Both the position numbers and the translations under genes were made by a program. The notes under the pieces were generated by a model. That model had not been told where the DNA came from, did no database searches, and was given only the letters and a program-made list of their open reading frames with translations. Of a stretch of DNA of 64,000 nucleotides, positions 49,096-60,765 are shown piece after piece. The first letter of the stretch is position 1. Every line of letters starts with the position of its first letter. Origin of the DNA: an uncultured Planctomycetaceae bacterium. GTDB taxonomy: Bacteria; Planctomycetota; Planctomycetia; Pirellulales; PALSA-1355. Location: the NCBI GenBank assembly GCA_963785305.1, contig CAWAUV010000008.1:1-64000 (forward strand). The letters are read 5' to 3'.

Positions 49096-49485
49096 ATGTA
49101 TCGTCCGCTGCCGCCGGAGACCGAAGCGGTGGCCACGAAGATCGTGGACGCCGCGTTTCAGGTGCACGCGGTGTTGGGGCCCGGGCTTTTGGAGTCGGTC
49201 TACGAAACGTGTCTCTGTTACGAATTGCAACAGCGCCAGTTGCATTACGTCCGGCAGATGACCGTGCCTATCGTCTACCGGTCTGTGACGCTCGACGCCG
49301 ATCTCAGGATTGACCTGCTCGTGGAGAACGAGATCATCGTCGAAGTCAAGGCCGTCCACGAGATCTTGCCGCTGCATCAAGCCCAAGTGCTGACCTATTT
49401 GAAATTAGCGAACCACCGACTCGGACTTCTAATCAATTTCTGCGATCCGTTGTTCAAGGATGGATTGCGACGACTCGTGCGTTGA
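49096..49485 (+). CDS. GxxExxY protein (PD-(D/E)XK nuclease fold)
   Basis: 129 aa; VHAVLGPGLLESVYE, RIDLLVENEIIVEVKA (D..ExK), AQVLTYL..GLLINF; AAGGA RBS. Confidence 0.93.
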   Translation: MYRPLPPETEAVATKIVDAAFQVHAVLGPGLLESVYETCLCYELQQRQLHYVRQMTVPIVYRSVTLDADLRIDLLVENEIIVEVKAVHEILPLHQAQVLTYLKLANHRLGLLINFCDPLFKDGLRRLVR

Positions 49486-49551
49486 ACTCGGCACGCTCCG
49501 ATTCCCGAAATCGTGGGCAAAACCGGAACAAGAGAAAGCAAAGTGGCTGCC

Positions 49552-52500
49552 ATGACTTCCAACAGAATCCATGTCGTTGCCGACCCACGGACCGAATCTC
49601 CCGCTACCGCGTCGCGCGGAACCGATCGGCCGGCGCTGTCTTGGCGCCGCGCATGGCGATCCGGCGCGGGGCGACTCCCATCCCATCGCCGCGGCGTGTT
49701 GTTGCTTGTGGTGCTTAGTTTACTCGTGTTGTTTTCCATTATCGGGGTCACGTTCGTGCTCATTGCCGGGCAATATCGCCGCACCACCCGGGCCGAGGCG
49801 GCCAGTGAGCGGTATACCGCCGATCCCCAGAAGCAACTCGACGCGCTGGCGATGGACCTCTTCCGCGGCACGACCAATGTCACCTCGCCGATCCAGGGCC
49901 ACGGTCTGCTCGAAGACATGAACGGCACGCCCAGTCTCACCGGCGTGCTCTCGGCCCAGCCCCAACCCGCGCCGACGACGAACAGCGCCAACGTCAGCGC
50001 GCCACTGATCGACCTCACGGTCACCTCCAGCGGGCAAGACTCCTTGCCCGTGAATCCGCTCTCCTATATGTCCTACGGCTATTTCAATGGCCAAGTGCTC
50101 ACCATGACCAGCGGCCCGGCCCGCGGCATGAGCACGCGCATCGTCGGCTCGTGTTTACAAACGCCCGGCCAGCAGCCGAATTACCCGAACGGCCCGTTGA
50201 ATCTGGTCTTGCGCGTGATGGCGTTCGATGGCATCAGCACCACCAACTTCATCAATCAGTACAACACCGGCGCCTATGCCGGCATGGCGCAGCGATTCGT
50301 CATCAATGGCCGCGCGTTCAGCGGAACCGGCTTCGGCTACAACACATCGGTCGGCCAATATTTTCCCCGTCCCAGCGGCAGCTATACCTTGCTCGACGCC
50401 GTGGACGGCAACAGTTTCTTTTTCGCGCTCCAGCCGAACCATAAGTATTTCCAGGCCAACGGCCTTTACGCCACCTGCACCGGTCCCGGCGGCGCCAACG
50501 AAGACTACGACGCGCCCGATGCCCAAAACATGGCCCTCGCTTGGCAGCCGATCGGCGTCACGAACTCCCAGCAGATCATGCCCTCGTTCCACCGGCCCGA
50601 CCTCGTGACTTGGTGGCAAAACACCAGCACCTCGCCGATCGCGGGCGCCGCCATGCCGCCCAGCCAAGCTTGGTCTAACAACACCGGTCATGTGCAAGAA
50701 AAAGTCATTTTGCGGCCCTTGCAGGCCGACCACCCCTTATTTTCCGGTAGCAATACAAATTTCAATCCCACGACCGGCCCCTGGGATGTCGACAACGACG
50801 GCGACGGCATCGCCGACAGCATTTGGATCGATCCCGGCTATCCGGTGCAAACGGCGCCCGATGGCAAGCAATTTAAGATGCTGGCCGCTTATCTGGTGCT
50901 CGACATGGACAGCCGGCTCAATGTAAACGCGCATGGCAATATCGCGCAAACGCAAACCTTCGTGCCCGACCCGAACAGCAATTCGAACGACCCGCTCTAT
51001 TCCGGCTATTCGCAAGGCCCTTATGCCTTTACCACCAGTAGCAACAACGCCGGCGGCGGCGGCACGACCGGTCCCTCGGGCGGCGCCACCGTGGTCCAAA
51101 CCAACAATGTGCTCACCAACGAGGCCCAGCTCATGCGCGGCCAGGGCTATGGCCCCGCCGAAATCAACCTCGGCTACTTGCTCAATGCCAACGGAACCGC
51201 CGCGACCTCCGGCGCCACCAATCCGATCTTCAACGGCGGAGTCAACGGCCTCCAGCAATATCAACAATTGCTCACCGGAACCTATGGCAGCATGTACGGC
51301 GAAAAATACGACGGCCGCTATGGCGAGCTGCAAGTGGCGTCGGGCAATCCCGCGCCGCTGCCCGGCTATGCGGGGGCAATGAACAGCGCCGACGATTATC
51401 TTAGTTCGATTAAGCATTTCGATCTGCCCTATGGCCCCAACGGGCAGAGTCTGTTTACCGCGCTGCCAGGAACCTCGGGCAGCTACTATCAGAACGAAGC
51501 CGCGGGCCTCACCTCCTATGGCACGCCGTCGGACTTTTGGGGCCGCATGGCCGTGGGGCTCGATTTCCGCGGCCAGCCGCTCTATCTGTTCCCCAATTTT
51601 TCGGCAGTCTCGCTCAACCAAGGTTCCCGCCCCCACACGATTCTCGACTGGGAGACTCCGAACAATCCCTACGCGCTGAATCTCTCGCGGCAAGCGGTGC
51701 GGGCCGCGGTCCAGCAACAGGCGATCGACAATCCCTACACCGCCGCCGAGCTCGAGCGCATCTTGCGCCGCTTCGATGTCGATAGCTATGCCCTGCCCGA
51801 CCGGCTGCGGGCCGTGATCGAGGATGTGTACCTGGGCGGCGGCGTCACCTCGAATGCCAATCCCGCCCTGCGGCAGTACCTCACCACCGATAGCTACGAT
51901 GTGGCCAGCCCCAGCTACCAGCCGCCGACCGAACTGCGACAAGTAAGTGGTCAAACCGGCGCCGCGGGCACGGAGCCCACGCAGCCCGACCTGGTGGCCG
52001 CCGCCGCGTATGAAGGCGCGACCAATACCCAAAACGCCACGCTCAATGTGAGTATCGCCGATCTGCTGCGGGCCAAGCTCACGAACAAAACCTATGGCAT
52101 GACAACGCTCGCCGGCGCCGCCTCGAAAGACGCCGCGATAATCAATGCCCAACTCACGATGATGCTGCCGCCGGAGCTCCTCAACGGCCAGATGATGGAC
52201 CTCAACCGCCCCTTCGGCAACGGCCGCGACGACAACGGCAACAACGTGGTCGACGAGCCGCAAGAATATGCCACGAGCAGCGAAGGGGGCTGGAAAAGCC
52301 TCTTCCCCGGCCTCAATGGCAGCACGGTCATGTTCAACATCGTCAATAGCATGGATTTCAACAACGACACCTCGAGCTCGGGCACATCCGCCAGTTTGCA
52401 AAAGTTGGCCAGCGTCACCGACACGAACGGCAATGTATACAGTTATTCGGAGCTCTATGCGCGGCAGCTTTATGCCCGGCATTTGTATGTGCTCATGATG

Positions 52501-55500
52501 CTGCTCGTCGATCAGGGCTTCGTCACGCTGCCCGGCGCCACGGCGCCGGCCACGACCGGCGCCACCTGGGCCTACAATGCCACGGTCACCGGTATCGACT
52601 GGGGCGCCACGCAAGAAACCGCGATCACCGGCCCGAGCGGAACCATGACCACCACCGGCGGTCAAAGCTGGAGCGAGCAGCAAGAGCTCACCGCCCGGCG
52701 CATTGCGCAGTGGGCAATCAACGTGGTCGATTTCCGCGATCCCGACGCGATCATGACACCGTTTGAATACGACGTGAATCCGTTCGATGGCTGGAATGTC
52801 GATGGCATCGTCGACACGGTGGAAACCCAGACGGCGGGCGGCAACACCAACGGCGGCCTCGGGTCGAACATGACCGATCCCAACGGCGAGCGGCGCGTGG
52901 TGTGGGGAACCGAGTATCCGGAACTGCTGATCAACGAAACCTTCGCGATGCATGATCGCCGTGTGCGCGATTCACCCAATGATCCCAACGGCAAGCAGCG
53001 GTTCGACACCACCCAAGTTCCGCCGCAAGAGACCGACAACACGATGGATCAGATTCGCGTGCCGCAGGGTTCGCTGTTCGTCGAGCTCTATTGCCCGCGG
53101 CCGAATAGCGCCACCAGCTCGCCCGGCAGCGCCCCGACCCAGGCGGGCACGAACGGCTCGCAGGCGATTTTTCCCGGCGAGCTCTACTCCTACAACACGA
53201 CTTACAACCAGTGGTATTTGAACCTCGGTCAAATGGCGCCGCCATCGGGCGGCAACCAGGCCTCGCCGGTCTGGCGGCTGGCGATCTCGGCCTCGAACTT
53301 GCAAAACGGCAACAACAACAATATCGCCACGAATCCGAACAACGTCGCGGCGCGAATGAGCGCCTACCCGGTCACCACCACGCTCGATCCGCCGGGCGAC
53401 CCCTATAGCTGTAGCGTGTTCAACACCAACAATAAATACAATCCGGGCAACTATACAGGCTCATTGCAAATCGAGCGATTCGTGTGGTTCGCCAATGTCG
53501 CTCCCGGCAACATGACCACCACCGGCGCGCGCACCTTCTACAACCAGGGCATCCAGGCGGTCAATTGGCAAACGGCCAACACGACGCAGAACCTGCAACA
53601 GGGCGTGTTTCTGGCGCCCGGCGGCTATGCGGTCGTGGGCCCGCGACTGGTCACGCCGTTCGGCCGGCAGACGAGCACCAGCGTCACGCCGACGCCCCCG
53701 CCGCCGATCGCCCCGCAAGCGATCGTGCTCACGCCCGGTAGCAACAACACCTCGCACAACACTGCCTATACCACGCTCACCAGCGCGCCGGCAGCGCGCC
53801 GGCGGTGCAATATATCTCGCCCACCTCGACCAATCCGCAGTATTCGACCGTCGGGCAAAACATCCAGCAACCGCTGGCGATCGTGTGCGCGGGCGGCCTG
53901 CCGCACAACAATGGAACCGGCAATAATCCCACGCAATACGGAACCGCATGGTCCAATGGCGCCAACACCTGCCCGACGCCTGGAAACAACTCCGGCGGTA
54001 TTGGCCTAAGCGTTTCGGAGCCGCTGTTTTCATCGCCCTATTACTACAAGGAGCCGACCCAAAAGGATTCGGCCTCGCAAGCCGTTAACGTCAATTCGAA
54101 TCTGGTCGACGCTTACGGCGCCGATTCCGGCACGAAGGTTCCATTTCTCGATCAACCTTACGAAACGCAGTATTACAACACGCTCCAATCCGACAATACG
54201 CAAACACCGCTCAATGTCGATAGCATTCAAGCCACCGGCACGTATTTGAATTACAAGACGCTGCTGCTCCAGCGCCTCGCCAATCCGCTCTTGCCCTACA
54301 ACCCGATGCCGAACGACCAGAGCACGACATCGGGCAGCATCTATTCCGACCCGAATGAACCGAAATACAACAGCCAGTATCCGGTGAACCCGTATATCAC
54401 GGTCGATTGGATGCCGATCAATCTTACGGTGTTCAACGGCGAACAGGAGCAGCTCTCGGGAACGCCGCCCCTGGCGGTGGCCAGCATGAACGGCGTGGGA
54501 AGCTTGGTTTCGATGGATCCCGACGATGTGAATTTTAGCCCGCCCCAGGGGCAAACGACGCCGCTTTCGCCCATGCCCTCGCTGCCCGTGCCCGTGGCGC
54601 CTTCGTCGGCGATGGCGGCGGCGGCCAACTATCCGAATCCAACCTCACAGTTCACGGGCGCCTTTGGCACGGCCCAGCGCGGACAGACCGTGCCGACCGT
54701 GAATGCCGGCACGTATTTGAATCTTTATACCCAATGGATGGACGCGTTCCCCGGCGGCTCGGGAACTTACACCGCCACGAATCTCGTGTTCGGCTATAGT
54801 CTGATGAGCACCACCGGCGGCCAGGCGCCCGGCATGACGCTCGGCTATCTGAATCAGGCGTTTTATGGCAACAACGGCGCCGGCCATCCCTGGTCGACGA
54901 GCGACTCGCCCGCCGCGCCGGCCAACTATCTAGGCGACCCAAACATGGCGATGTTCGCCGGCAATGTCGGCGCCAACGGCTATATTCCCACGTTCCCTTG
55001 GATCACTTGGAACAATCGTCCCTTCGTGAGCCATTATGAATTGATGCAAGTGCCGGCGAGCTCGCCCTCGCGGCTATTGTGGGAATATGGCTTCACCGGC
55101 ACGACGTCGAATCCCTACGACGGCGCCAACAGCGCCCCGACCACGGCGGCATTCCTCGCGCCGTTCAAGCATCTCTTGAATTTCGAGATGAGCACATCGA
55201 CCGGCGGCGGCTCCGATGGCACGCAGCCACGACAGGCCGATGTCGGCGTGGCCCCGCATTTTTATCGGCTCTTCGATTATGTGCGCGTGCCCTCGCGGTT
55301 CGTCGGCACGGAATATGTCCTCAACCCGAGCTACACCCAAGGCCAGATCGGCAGCAACGCCACCTTCACAAGCACGAACGATGGCAATCTGCAGGGCTCG
55401 ACCAACCCGGGCTCGAACGGCGCTAATTTGGAAAAAGCGATGGCTTCGTATCTGCATCCGCCGTTCAATCGCGTGTCGAAACACCGCGACCCGGGCAAGG

Positions 55501-56294
55501 TGAATCCGAATACGATCGCCCATCAGAATCAGTTCAATATGGGTGGCGACACCTCGCCCACCGGTGGCAACACCGACACCAACGCGTTTATATGGAACGC
55601 GATCCTCAACGCCCCGCCGGTGAGCAATGCCTCGGGCAGCACCAGCGCCGCCCAGACGCTGGCCGGCCCCTTGTGGTCGAGCGTTTCCGCCAGCATTCAC
55701 AACAACAACACGAGCATGACCACCGGCGCCACGCCCTCGTGGTTCGCCAATCCCTTCCGCTCGGCCGCGGGCGCCGACTTGCAACTGCCGCCCGGCCTGC
55801 CGCTGCGCGGGGTCGATGTGACATTCTTGCGGCCCTATGGCTATGCAACTTCGGGCGCTGGCGGCGGGGCTTCGGCGCAAGGCATCACGAGCCCCTACCT
55901 GCTCTTCGACTTCCCGCCGGCCGAGATCGCCAACTCTGGCGGCGGCGGCGCTGGATCGAGCTCGCTCGTGGGCTCCTACAACGCTCCCGACCGGAATTCC
56001 TATTTCCGCTATCAAAACCTCCAGCGAATGGGCAACCTGCTGACCACGCGGTCGAATGTCTACGCGGTTTGGATCACGACCGGCTATTTCCAAGTCCAGC
56101 CGTGGAATGGCGGAGTGCCCGACTTCATCCATCCCGACGGCTACCAACTAGCCGACGAACTGGGCGCCGACAACGGCACGGTGGTCCGCCACCGCGGCTT
56201 CTACATGTTCGACCGCACGATTCCGGTCTGCTTCGAGCGCGGCGTCGACCACAACGTGGAAAAAGCGATCTTGCTCAAACGCTTCATCGAATGA
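49552..56294 (+). CDS. Giant (~2250 aa) PilX/PulK-like minor pilin or adhesin, frameshift near 53790
   Basis: RRG^VLLLVVLSLLVLFSIIG (no Glu5); DVDNDGDGIADSIWID, DMDSRLNVNAHG, AQWAINVVDFRDPD; C-terminus TTRSNVYAVWITTGYF..KRFIE*. Confidence 0.8.
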
Positions 56295-56314
56295 GGAGCC
56301 AACACGGGAATTCA

Positions 56315-57595
56315 GCCACGGAAGAACAGAGGGGAAAGACAAAGAGAGAGATTTAGCCACGGAAGAACACGGAAAGGATAAGGAACGAAGGCCGGTTTCC
56401 GTGTTTGTTCCGTGTTTGTCCGTGGCCGATCTTTTTCTTACGCTTCATCGAGCGAACTACCGGGAAGAAAGAGTTGGCCACGGAAGAACACGGAAGGAAC
56501 ACGGAAAGGATAGGGAACGAAGGCCGTTTTCCGTGTTTGTTCCGTGTTTGTCCGTGGCCGATTTTTTCTTACGCTTCATCGAGCGAACTACCGGGAAGAA
56601 AGAGTTGGCCACGGAAGAACACGGAAGGAACACGGAAAGGATAGGGAACGAAGGCCGTTTTCCGTGTTTGTTCCGTGTTTGTCCGTGGCCGATTTTTTCT
56701 TACGCTTCATCGAGCGAACTACCGGGAAGAAAGAGTTGGCCACGGAAGAACACGGAAGGAACACGGAAAGGATAGGGAACGAAGGCCGTTTTCCGTGTTT
56801 GTTCCGTGTTTGTCCGTGGCCGATTTTTTCTTACGCTTCATCGAGCGAACTACCGGGAAGAGAGAGTTGGCCACGGAAGAACACGGAAGGAACACGGAAA
56901 GGATAGGGAACGAAGGCCGTTTTCCGTGTTTGTTCCGTGTTTGTCCGTGGCCGATTTTTTCTTACGCTTCATCGAGCGAACTACCGGGAAGAGAGAGTTG
57001 GCCACGGAAGAACACGGAAGGAACACGGAAAGGATAGGGAACGAAGGCCGTTTTCCGTGTTTGTTCCGTGTTTGTCCGTGGCCGATTTTTTCTTACGCTT
57101 CATCGAGCGAACTACCGGGAAGAAAGAGTTGGCCACGGAAGAACACGGAAGGAACACGGAAAGGATAGGGAACGAAGGCCGTTTTCCGCGTTTGTTCCGT
57201 GTTTGTCCGTGGCCGATCTTTTTCTTACGCTTCATCGAGCGAACTACCGGGAAGAGAGAGTTGGCCACGGAAGAACACGGAAGGAACACGGAAAGGATAG
57301 GGAACGAAGGCCGTTTTCCGTGTTTGTTCCGTGTTTGTCCGTGGCCGATTTTTTCTTACGCTTCATCGAGCGAACTACCGGGAAGAAAGAGTTGGCCACG
57401 GAAGAACACGGAAGGAACACGGAAAGGATAGGGAACGAAGGCCGTTTTCCGTGTTTGTTCCGTGTTTGTCCGTGGCCGATTTTTTCTTACGCTTCATCGA
57501 GCGAACTACCGGGAAGAAAGAGTTGGCCACGGAAGAACACGGAAGGAACACGGAAAGGGCGGGGAACGAGAGCGTTTTCCGTGTTTGTTCGTGGC
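56315..57595. repeat. Tandem array of 131-bp hairpin units (10 hairpins)
   Basis: GCCACGGAAG at 56356, 56477, 56608, 56739, 56870, 57001, 57132, 57264, 57395, 57526 plus an orphan arm at 56315; right arm TTTCCGTGTTTGTTCCGTGTTTGTCCGTGGC. Confidence 0.97.
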
Positions 57596-57709
57596 TGCTT
57601 TCTTGGACATTTGATTCGGGCCGGCGCGTTGTTTGGCCGGAAAAAAACGCGATAATGCTTTTCGCGTTTTCTCCCCCACTCCCCCAAGCGTGTCAGGAGT
57701 TTTGCACCC

Positions 57710-58912
57710 ATGGCGAAAATCGTGTGCGTGTTGTACGACGATCCGGTGACCGGGTATCCGAAATCGTATGCTCGCGACGGGCTCCCCAAGCTCGACCGCT
57801 ATCCCGATGGCCAAGCCTTGCCCTCGCCCAAAAAGATCGACTTCACTCCCGGCGAGCTGCTCGGCAGCGTGTCGGGCGAGCTCGGACTGCGAAAGTTTCT
57901 CGAATCGCAGGGCCACACGCTCGTGGTCACCTCCGATAAAGACGGCGCCGGCTCGCGGCTCGACAAGGAACTGCCCGACGCCGATGTGGTGATCTCGCAG
58001 CCCTTCTGGCCAGCCTATATGACCGCCGAGCGGATCGCCAAGGCGCCCAAGTTGAAGTTGATCATCACCGCCGGCATCGGCTCCGACCACACCGATCTCG
58101 AAGCCGCGATCAAGCATGGAGTGACGGTGGCCGAGGTGACTTTTTGCAATAGCATCAGCGTGGCCGAGCATGTGGTGATGATGATTCTGGCCTTGGTGCG
58201 GAACTATATCCCTTCGCATCAATGGGTGCTCGACAAAGGCTGGAATATCGCCGACTGCGTGGCCCGATCGTACGATGTCGAGGGCATGCAGATCGGCACG
58301 GTGGCCGCCGGGCGCATCGGGCTGGCGGTGCTCAAGCGGCTCAAGCCGTTCGATGTGAAGCTGCACTACACGGATCGGCATCGCCTGCCCGAAAAGGTGG
58401 AGCAGGAGCTGGGGCTCACGTTTCATCGCGATGCGGCGTCGATGGTGGGCGTGTGCGATGTGGTGACGATCAATTGCCCGCTGCATCCCGAGACCGAGGG
58501 CTTATTCAACGACGCGATGCTCGCCAAGATGAAGCGAGGCGCCTACCTCATCAACACGGCCCGGGGCAAAATTTGCGACCGCGATGCGATTGTGCGGGCG
58601 CTCGAGAGCGGCCAACTGGCCGGCTACGCGGGCGATGTGTGGTTCCCGCAGCCGGCGCCCAAGGATCATCCCTGGCGCACGATGCCGCATCATGGCATGA
58701 CGCCGCATATTTCGGGCACATCGCTTTCGGCCCAAACCCGCTATGCGGCCGGCACGCGCGAGATTTTGGAATGCTGGTTCGAGAAGCGCCCGATTCGCGA
58801 CGAGTATTTGATTGTCGATGGCGGCAAACTCGCGGGCGTGGGCGCCCATTCCTATAGCCCCGGCAATGCGACCCGCGGCTCGGATGAAGCCGCGAAGTTC
58901 AAGTCGCGATAA
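57710..58912 (+). CDS. fdh: NAD-dependent formate dehydrogenase
   Basis: MAKIVCVLYDDP..FTPGELLGSVSGELGLRKFLE, SQPFWPAY, TAGIGSDH, VAAGRIG, GDVWFPQPAP, GMTPHISG. Confidence 0.96.
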   Translation: MAKIVCVLYDDPVTGYPKSYARDGLPKLDRYPDGQALPSPKKIDFTPGELLGSVSGELGLRKFLESQGHTLVVTSDKDGAGSRLDKELPDADVVISQPFWPAYMTAERIAKAPKLKLIITAGIGSDHTDLEAAIKHGVTVAEVTFCNSISVAEHVVMMILALVRNYIPSHQWVLDKGWNIADCVARSYDVEGMQIGTVAAGRIGLAVLKRLKPFDVKLHYTDRHRLPEKVEQELGLTFHRDAASMVGVCDVVTINCPLHPETEGLFNDAMLAKMKRGAYLINTARGKICDRDAIVRALESGQLAGYAGDVWFPQPAPKDHPWRTMPHHGMTPHISGTSLSAQTRYAAGTREILECWFEKRPIRDEYLIVDGGKLAGVGAHSYSPGNATRGSDEAAKFKSR

Positions 58913-58954
58913 CGCGACAAGAACGACGAGTGCCGAAGCGTTAAGCACAAGGAA

Positions 58955-59423
58955 CTTTTCGCCACGGACGAACACGGAAACGCGCGAACGAAGGGCAATC
59001 TCCGGTCCGTGTTTCTTCCGTGTTCTTCCGTGGCTGATTTCTTGAATGCATCAACGAACGAGGACCGAGGAGAAATTCAGCCACGGAAGAACACGGAATG
59101 GACACGGAACGGGGCGGCTTCTCGGGCCTCACCCCCTGTTCTTTCGTGGCTGTTCTTTTTGTTGCAAGAAACTTTTCGCCGCGGACGAACACCGAACTGC
59201 GCTGTCGGGGGCAAGCTCCGGTCCGTGTTCTTCCGTGGCTGATTTCTTGAATGCATCATCGAACGAGAACCGAGGAGAAATTCAGCCACGGAAGAACACG
59301 GAATGGACACGGAAGGGGGCGGCTTCTCGGGCCTCACCCCCTGTTCTTTCGTGGCTGTTCTTTTTGTTGCAAGAAACTTTTCGCCGCGGACGAACACCGA
59401 ACTGCGCTGTCGGGGGCAAGCTC
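58955..59423. repeat. ~205-bp tandem duplication of GCCACGGA hairpin elements (~2.2 copies)
   Basis: TGGCTGATTTCTTGAATGCA at 59031 and 59236; GCCACGGAAG at 59080 and 59285. Confidence 0.9.
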
Positions 59424-59533
59424 GCAATGGCTGGACAGAATCCGTTTAGAGGTAGAGTCCGTTAAGATGCGGGCCGGTTGAGTCTTTCAAGAGCGAGAGG
59501 GCGCTGCCGGGTTCGACGCACGCCTTCCCGCGA

Positions 59534-60025
59534 TCAATCGACGACCGGCGCTTCCGGGCCCGATTCGTGCGTCACGGTGGGAATTTCGGGAGGCGCCGGC
59601 TCCTCGGCGGCACTCGGCTGGCTCACGGGGCGGGGATCGCCGCTGAATTTGCCCTCGCCTCGCGCGCCATCAACGCCGACGGGCTTGATGCCCGCTTTCT
59701 CCGTCGTTTTTTCGCGCTTTAGCGAAATCTCTGGACCGTGTTCCGAGATTTGCCCAGCCGCCGACGCCGATTCCGTCGACGATTCTCTTGATAAGGCCGC
59801 CTCGCTCCCGGGCAACGGATCGGCGATTCGCAAATATTCGAGCGAGATGTCGTACCAACCGGTGTTGTTCCAAGCGTCGAATTCGACGAGGGCCCGGCCA
59901 TTCATGTTGATGGTCTTGATCCGACCCACGACGCCCACGAACCGGGCGAGCTCGGGCCGATCGCCGATTACGACGACGCGCTGGTCGGTGTAGTCGCGTT
60001 TGAGTTGTTCAATCTCGTCGAACAT
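59534..60025 (-). CDS. Hypothetical protein (small globular N-domain, disordered tail)
   Basis: MFDEIEQLKRDYTDQRVVV..RPELARFVGVVGRIKTINMNGRALVEFD..WYDI. Confidence 0.65.
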   Translation of the reverse strand: MFDEIEQLKRDYTDQRVVVIGDRPELARFVGVVGRIKTINMNGRALVEFDAWNNTGWYDISLEYLRIADPLPGSEAALSRESSTESASAAGQISEHGPEISLKREKTTEKAGIKPVGVDGARGEGKFSGDPRPVSQPSAAEEPAPPEIPTVTHESGPEAPVVD

Positions 60026-60229
60026 AAGGCCGGAGCGGAGCGGGAAAACGTGGGCGCCCGAGCAACAAGCGGCGAACCGGCTTTTGATCGCCAGCCGGTT
60101 CGCCGCCGCTATTGTAGCCATGCGCCAACGGAGCGAAAGCCGAAGTCAGCGAACAGCGCGCCTCGCGACCGCCGATGGTTATCGTCCCCAGCCCGGTAGT
60201 GATCGCTGCCGCGTTCTTGGCCTTTTTGA

Positions 60230-60496
60230 CTACTTGGCCTTTTTAACATGGGCCTTGAACTCGTCGAGCGTCAGGTAGCCATCGCTGTCTTTGTCCTTGG
60301 CCTTAAACGTGGCCTCGGCGGCGGTGAGCTTATCGCCCTGCTTTTTGCCGACGAACTCCGACATGCTCAATTTGCCGTCGCCATCCTTGTCGAGCTTCTT
60401 GAAGACTTCTTCCGGATCTTTCTTCTCGGCGCCCATAGCCAAGGGGCCGCAGGAGAAACAAGCCGCCACGAGTGCAAACACGAACCAGCGACGCAT
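60230..60496 (-). CDS. Secreted EF-hand protein
   Basis: Signal peptide; DKDGDGKLSMSE and DKDSDGYLTLDE. Confidence 0.85.
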   Translation of the reverse strand: MRRWFVFALVAACFSCGPLAMGAEKKDPEEVFKKLDKDGDGKLSMSEFVGKKQGDKLTAAEATFKAKDKDSDGYLTLDEFKAHVKKAK

Positions 60497-60765
60497 AAAA
60501 GCTCCTCGACAAAAAAACCGACCGCACGAACAGAAAAACCGACCGACAAGCCATTGAACCGCGGCCAATGCGCAAGGCGCCGGTCGCGGGGGCGAAAAAA
60601 CGGAAAATTTTTCGCCTGCGGGCCGAAAACCGGCCGTCCTTCGCGCGTTTTCGAATCCCAAATTCAGCGCCACCGGCCCATTTCCAAACGAAAACGCCGC
60701 GGCGCTTTTTCAAGACGCCGCGGCGCTGCGATCGATAATCGGGCTCGAAACTCGTGGAGCTGGGC

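Noticed and set aside
47968..49136. Repeated 61-aa minus-strand ORFs (MMDHEGAKTRRR...)
   Set aside because: Listed only for the 182-bp units; the 8-bp indel changes frame in 174-bp units; no clear RBS. Likely a by-product of the repeat.
41128..56294. Diversity-generating retroelement or shufflon acting on pilins
   Set aside because: No reverse transcriptase, no adenine-biased TR/VR pair and no recombinase in the window.
56401..57939. Overlapping ORFs within the 131-bp array
   Set aside because: 131 is not a multiple of 3, so frames cycle; translations are repeat artefacts.
44926..59423. Tandem arrays as CRISPR arrays
   Set aside because: Units are 131-205 bp and near-identical throughout, with no unique spacers and no cas genes.
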